Positions 59,001 to 64,000 of a stretch of 64,000 nt of DNA are shown here, one piece after another. Each line of letters opens with the position of its first letter. The stretch's first letter is position 1. This DNA is from Felis catus (taxonomy: Eukaryota), in assembly GCF_018350175.1 (NCBI RefSeq), contig NC_058382.1, positions 58,158,001 through 58,222,000 on the forward strand, given 5' to 3'. The notes under the pieces were generated by a model. The model worked only from the letters and a program-made list of their open reading frames with translations. It did no database searches and had not been told where the DNA came from. Both the position numbers and the translations under genes were made by a program.

Positions 59001-59769
59001 ACTGAGGCAGCCAGCCCACAGGGCTCGTCCGGGGCGGCTGGAGCCTCATCTGCACATTTCAGGGCTCTCCCACCACGCCCTGAGGCCGCGGAGCGGCCGT
59101 TAGTGAAGCCACGGCAGGAGTAAAGCTAATGAGTGGGCCCCCCCCCCATCACCAGCTCCCCTCTCTCTCGACAAACAAGTCTCTCCCCAGGGAGACCGGT
59201 TCTCGTACTGCAACCAGCCCTCCGGTTGCATCACCGAGGCCCGTTGGCCTGTGGCGTTTTACAGCCTCCAGGCCTTGGTGTGCAGCCCTCGGTGGGGGCG
59301 GGGAGGGGCCTTGGGGCAGCTTGGTGGCCTCGTGCTGGCCTCCCTCGGCCCTGGGTGTCTCCACCGCGGGCCGGTGGGATGACGGCTTTGGGGGCACAGA
59401 GGGCCCCTCCCCTGGGGTTAGCTCCCCGCTCCCACCCACAAGCCTTCGTTGGCAGAGGTCCCGAAGGGCGGTGAGCGGAGTGGCTGTGTGGGAGAGCCTG
59501 CTGTCTGGCTGGTGGCAGGCAGGATCCCGGGGGCTGAGGAGCGGGGAGTTGGCCAGACTTCCTGCCTTGTGGTTTGGCCCCTCCTGCCCAGCGCGCGATG
59601 CCCTCGATAGGCCGGCCAGCTTTCCTTGGGTGGGGGCGGGGGGGCCGCTCCTCGTGGAGTGCAGGGCACTGCCCACCAAGGTGAGAGCTGGGGTCCCAGA
59701 CCGAGAGGGGCCCAGCCACACTCCCGGCCTCTGGGGGTTCCGTTTGCTCTGTGAGGGGCAGCGTGCGTG

Positions 59770-59900
59770 GCGGTTCAACCCTGGACTGTGCCCCGGATAG
59801 CCGGGTTCCCGTCTCGTCCCCGCGGTTGCTAGCTGTGTGGCCCTGGGCAAGCCGCGTAACCTCTCTGGGCTCGATCGTCCCCTACCTGCGCGGGGCTGCT
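59770..59900 (+). mobile_element. MIR
   Basis: tagctgtgtggccctgggcaagccgcgtaacctctctgggctc. Confidence 0.65.
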
Positions 59901-61839
59901 GTGGGGCCCACCTGCGAACGTGCCCGGAAGGGACTCCGAGCGGCACCTGGCGCCTCAGACATCTCACCGGCGCGAGGTAAATGTCTCATTCTGCAACCCA
60001 GGGCCTGCGTGTGGAGGGAGGAGGAGGTCCCCCAGGACGCCCGCTGGCGGCCTCGGGTTTGCTTCGTTGACTCTGCTGGCAGTGACGGGGCCGGTGATCT
60101 GCCAGACGTCTCCTCCCAGGGTCCCGAGAAGATGTCACGTTCCTTGTCCCCCGGGCCCCGACACCAGGGTGTGGATAGTCCCGACCAGGTAGCGTTGCTT
60201 TGAGGCCGGCCCCCCGTCTCGCTGTCTCCCCCTGGCCGGGCAGCAGGCACCCGATTTGCAATTTGCCAGCAAGGCTTTTCTGCACCCCCCTCCCCACCCT
60301 GTGCCCGGCACCAAGCCGGGAGCCATACTCGTACCTGTCGCGTTTATTGAGCACCTATTATAGCCCAGGGCTTAGCTTGGTGAACCTTGAGCCCGTGAGA
60401 CAGGGACCCCCGCAGGTGGCCCCCGCCAGGCCCCTTGCTCACAGCCATGCGGGAGCTGCAGACACTGACCCTGGTCTCAGTCCACGTATGGCGGTGAGGT
60501 CGGGCAGACACACGTGCTGGTGGCCGGGACAGACCGACAAAAGCCCTGTGGAGCCGTGCCGTTCACCAGGGCGGTTAGACGCGAGCGGTGGGAGGACCAG
60601 AGGCTCCCCGGGAGAGCGGCCTGGTGGATGGGACAGAAAGAGGCCCCCAGGTGGAGGCAGGAAGCTCGCGGGGGGTGGGGAGGTGGGGAGGGGCCGGGCG
60701 CCCACCCCTCTTCCAGAGTCGAGGCCCTGGTCACCTCGGGGGGGCCCGCCGGCCCTGGTCGCCCTCTGACTGGGACCTCCGCTCACTTCTGATGATGGAT
60801 AAAGACGTCCACTCTCTCTCACACAGGCGACCAGAGCCGATAATTAGCTTTTAACCTGTCCCTGCCGTTAACTCGAAAAGGCCACCATTTGTTCCAGGGA
60901 GCTGCTAGAGTATAAAGAACTGAGCATGGCCAATTTTGTTCAGGATGAATTAAGACTTGTAAATGTAGAATGAGTTCATCTATTTAATTAAGTAGCAGCA
61001 ATATGGATGTTAAATTAAGTTCACAGCAGACGTGCCAAAACAGTGTTGTAAAAATACTGTCGGGGGCACGGGGATTTGGGGAGGGGCGCGGCTGGCCCCC
61101 TCCCGCCGCCTCTGAGTGGCCCTGTCCGTGACCCGGGTGAAGCCCTGACCCGGTCCTCACCTCCTGCCACCCTTGAGCAGCCGGGGGTCCCCTCCAGCGG
61201 GCACAGCGTAGCCCCGGACAGACGCACCGTGCTTCCTGGGAGGCACCGTCTGCCTGGGCTCCTCCTGGCCCTCCTCTCCCCCTGCCCGCTCCCCTTGCCT
61301 GTGCGGGGGGCACTGGGGGGCTGCTAAGGGAGGCCCCTCTGGCCCGTGATCGTGGGCAAGTGCTGCCCTGCGTGGGGAGGGGGACAGAAAGGACGGGAGC
61401 CTGGCTGGGGAAGGGCCCTCCACCAGCAAGGAGGGGGAGCTGGCTCCCAGCGTGCGGGCAGGTGGCGGGGGGGAGGACGAGGCCACCTGCCGGAGCTGGG
61501 GCCCCAGCCCCCCTCCCGACCCTCTCTCAGCAGCCCTGGCTTCTCAGAGAAGGGGGTCACTCCACGCTGGGGGGGCGGAGACCCCCTGGAAGGCAGCCCT
61601 TCCAACGCCAAATCGAGCTGCCCCGGGGAGTCACTGAGGCCACATTACAGCCCCCCTAGGTCATCAGCGCCCCGGGTGGGGAGCGGTGGAGGGCTTGTGA
61701 GCGACAGCAGTGGGCTCATTACGAAGCGCAGGCGCGCGGAACCTGGAGGACAACACGGCCGACCCTGCCCTCCAAGATGGCCGTGGACCCCCCACCCACA
61801 AGCGCCTGTGGGAGGGGTAGTGGGAGGAGGGAGTGGGGA

Positions 61840-62790
61840 CAGAGTCGGGGATGTTTCTTAAAGTAGGGGATTTCCTCACTGGGTTTTAAAGGATGAATAG
61901 GAGTTCACCTGGCAGGTGGTGGGGGACGGGGAGAAGAAGGGCATTCTGGGAACGGAGAGAAGAGCCACGTGCTGAGCACACAGTAGGCGGTTCATCGTGG
62001 AGGGAGGACCAGAGACGCACCTGGAGAGACGGGTAGGGATGTGAGGGGGCTTGAGTGTCGTGCTAATAAGCAGCTTGCAGGGACCCTGAAGACGGTCACG
62101 CGTTCGGCGCCCTGCTAGCCTGGGCACGTGGCAATTAGTGGGTCCAGTGGACAACCCCCCCCTGAGCTTATAGTCAGAGGGAGGCCACAGATAAGAAACC
62201 AGAAAACAGATAAATAAGCATTAGGTTGGATGGGGGAAAGCGATACGGAGAAACGGTACCAGGGTAAGAGGGATCAAGCAGGGGGAGCTTGCCGGCTTTT
62301 TACGGGGTGGCGTGGTGGCGGTCAGGGAGGCCTTTCTCTGACACTCTTTAGCAGAGCCCGGGGCGGGGGTGGGAGGGGGGAAGGAAAGTGACAGGGACGT
62401 CTTGTTTGCGGCAGTCCCAACGCGTGTGCCTCTTGCTGGCTTCAGCAGGGCTGTTAATAGAGCTCCTTTGTGGATAGAGGAGATAACACAGGTTACAACA
62501 AGGGAAGGGCAAGTGCAAAGGCCCTGAGGCAGGCGGGACAGCCAGGAGGCCAGTGAGGGGGAGAGAGGTGGGCCGAGGGCAGATAGCACAAGGTCCCAGA
62601 GAGGGTTGTCAAAGGCTCGGCTTTCACTCAAAATGAGCCGAGCCACGGACGGTTCTCTGTGGCGGAACAGGCCTCCTCGGGCTGCCGTGCCAAGAACAGA
62701 CTGCAGGGGGCGCCGGCGGCAGCCGGAGGCCAGGGAGGAGGCACTGTCCAGGCAGCGAGGTCTGGGTGAGGTGTAATCCAACTCCAGACG
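61840..62790 (-). mobile_element. L2 fragments
   Basis: ggttttaaaggatgaataggagttcacc...ggagcttatagtc...gtcagggaggcctttctctg...gcaagtgcaaaggccctgaggcagg. Confidence 0.7.
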
Positions 62791-64000
62791 CGTTTTCAAG
62801 AGCCGGGTGGGTCCTTTCCAGGGTATGGGAGCAAAGGGGGTCAGGCTGTTGGGAGATTTTCAGCAGAGAAGGAGTGCGATCCAGTGTGTGTGGGCAGCTC
62901 GGTGGCAGGTGGGTACGGCCTCTGGCAGAAGAAACAGCCTCCTGGTTGGGGCCGGTGGAAGGTCCTGGAGGCCTCAGTATCTGGCCTGCAGCTCTGCTTG
63001 ACTTGGTTCCCACAGAGCGTCTTGCTTATTTTTTAAAACGTATTGCCAACACTTAAAAAACAGGAGATTTTTTCTTTTTAACAAGTCGAAATCTCTATTT
63101 ACGCTGGGTCTGCGTTCCCGCTCGGCACCTGTTGGCGGGAGCCGCCCCCGCTTGTGCCCGGAAGGGGCACGTGTCCTTCTGTTTGCTCCAGACACCCGTC
63201 TCAGGAATGCAGGATCCCCTAGACTTCACCCCGCTGGCCCCCTTGGCCCAGCCTCTTGTGCAGTGTACAACCTGCCCACATGTGTCTGGCCTCTCCGCCC
63301 CGATTGGAACCAGCCCTTCAAGTTTGGTAGGAAATGAGAGGCTTGTCAGGAAATCTCTGCGAGTTGTGCCTGCCCTCCTGTCACCCCTGGCCCCCCAGTT
63401 TCCAGCGCAGCCGTCTGCCTTGGCTCCTCGAAGCCTGTGGAACCATTTAAAAGGCTCCTAACGATATTGATCAATCTCTCTAAAATGGATTATCCCGTTT
63501 GCCTCCCAGCCTGACTGGATGCCCTGGGTAAGATCAGAAAGGAATTATGTTAGCCGGAGGCAGAGGGAGCAGGGGTGAGAATGTATCTCCTCCCCGGTGA
63601 TGCAATCTTATCAGAGCTGAACTTTACTCTCCATCTTGGGATATAGGATACTTTGGGGATGTCGGAAAGAAATAATCATCTTACGATTTGCAGCCTGCTC
63701 GACACCGAGCCAGCTGGGAGGGGTGGTGGGGGGGCCGGGGAGGCTGGAGCGAGGACCATTTTTCGTTGGAGCTCTTCCCCGGAGAAATCAAGCCCTCTTA
63801 GAAATCCCTCTGGGGCCCCAGCCTTGGGTGGTGCGCCTGCGACCAGCTCCGTCAGGATTACGGCCCCGCGCTGCTGGCCCAGGGGACAGGCACGTTCATT
63901 AAAATTTGAAACACAAATGGAAAATTGCTACCTGCAGCCTCTGTGAGCAACCAGCAGTGCATCTGAGTTCCCGTTAATGGATCGAACGCGGAGGAAACAA

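Noticed and set aside
67..63946. Hundreds of 60-320 aa ORFs in the six-frame track (e.g. 13778-14740, 41183-42097, 54334-55257, 57399-58283)
   Set aside because: P/G/R/A-rich, overlapping in all frames, many with non-ATG starts, crossing old repeats and with no recognisable domains. Expected from stop-codon scarcity in GC-rich mammalian noncoding DNA.
1..64000. A novel multi-gene biological system
   Set aside because: No complete gene, operon-like structure, intact retroelement ORF or recognisable structured RNA gene is visible; the window is intronic/regulatory sequence.

Overview
Eukaryotic, not prokaryotic, DNA: a very GC/CpG-rich 64-kb stretch of a felid (cat-like) genome, identified by about 15 carnivore tRNA-derived Can-SINEs, several of the young feline SINEC_Fc type. 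It reads as a long intron/regulatory region of a + strand gene. A splice donor (CAG|GTGAGC) lies at 14/15. A large CpG island at ~7.4-9.1 kb holds a candidate alternative first coding exon (ATG 8902, MLGAKTWSNLLESL, phase-1 donor TCA|GTAAGT at 8944/8945). A second CpG island lies at ~26.6-27.6 kb. A dozen AT-rich, homeobox/TALE-motif-dense blocks look like conserved enhancers. The rest is old mammalian repeats (about 10 MLT1 LTRs, MER21, L1M, L2, MIR, MER3, MER5), microsatellites and many G/C homopolymers. The host gene is not identifiable with certainty; the architecture is compatible with the 5' region of GSE1 (tentative inference). The supplied long ORFs are best explained as by-products of high GC content. 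I see no evidence for a novel multi-gene system. The most interesting signals are the candidate unannotated first exon with uORFs, a 24-bp motif shared between the promoter and a distal enhancer-like block, a four-fold nested SINE insertion hotspot, an inverted SINE pair, an 85-bp local duplication, and apparent AT-to-GC remodelling of ancient repeats. Repeat boundaries are by-eye approximations.
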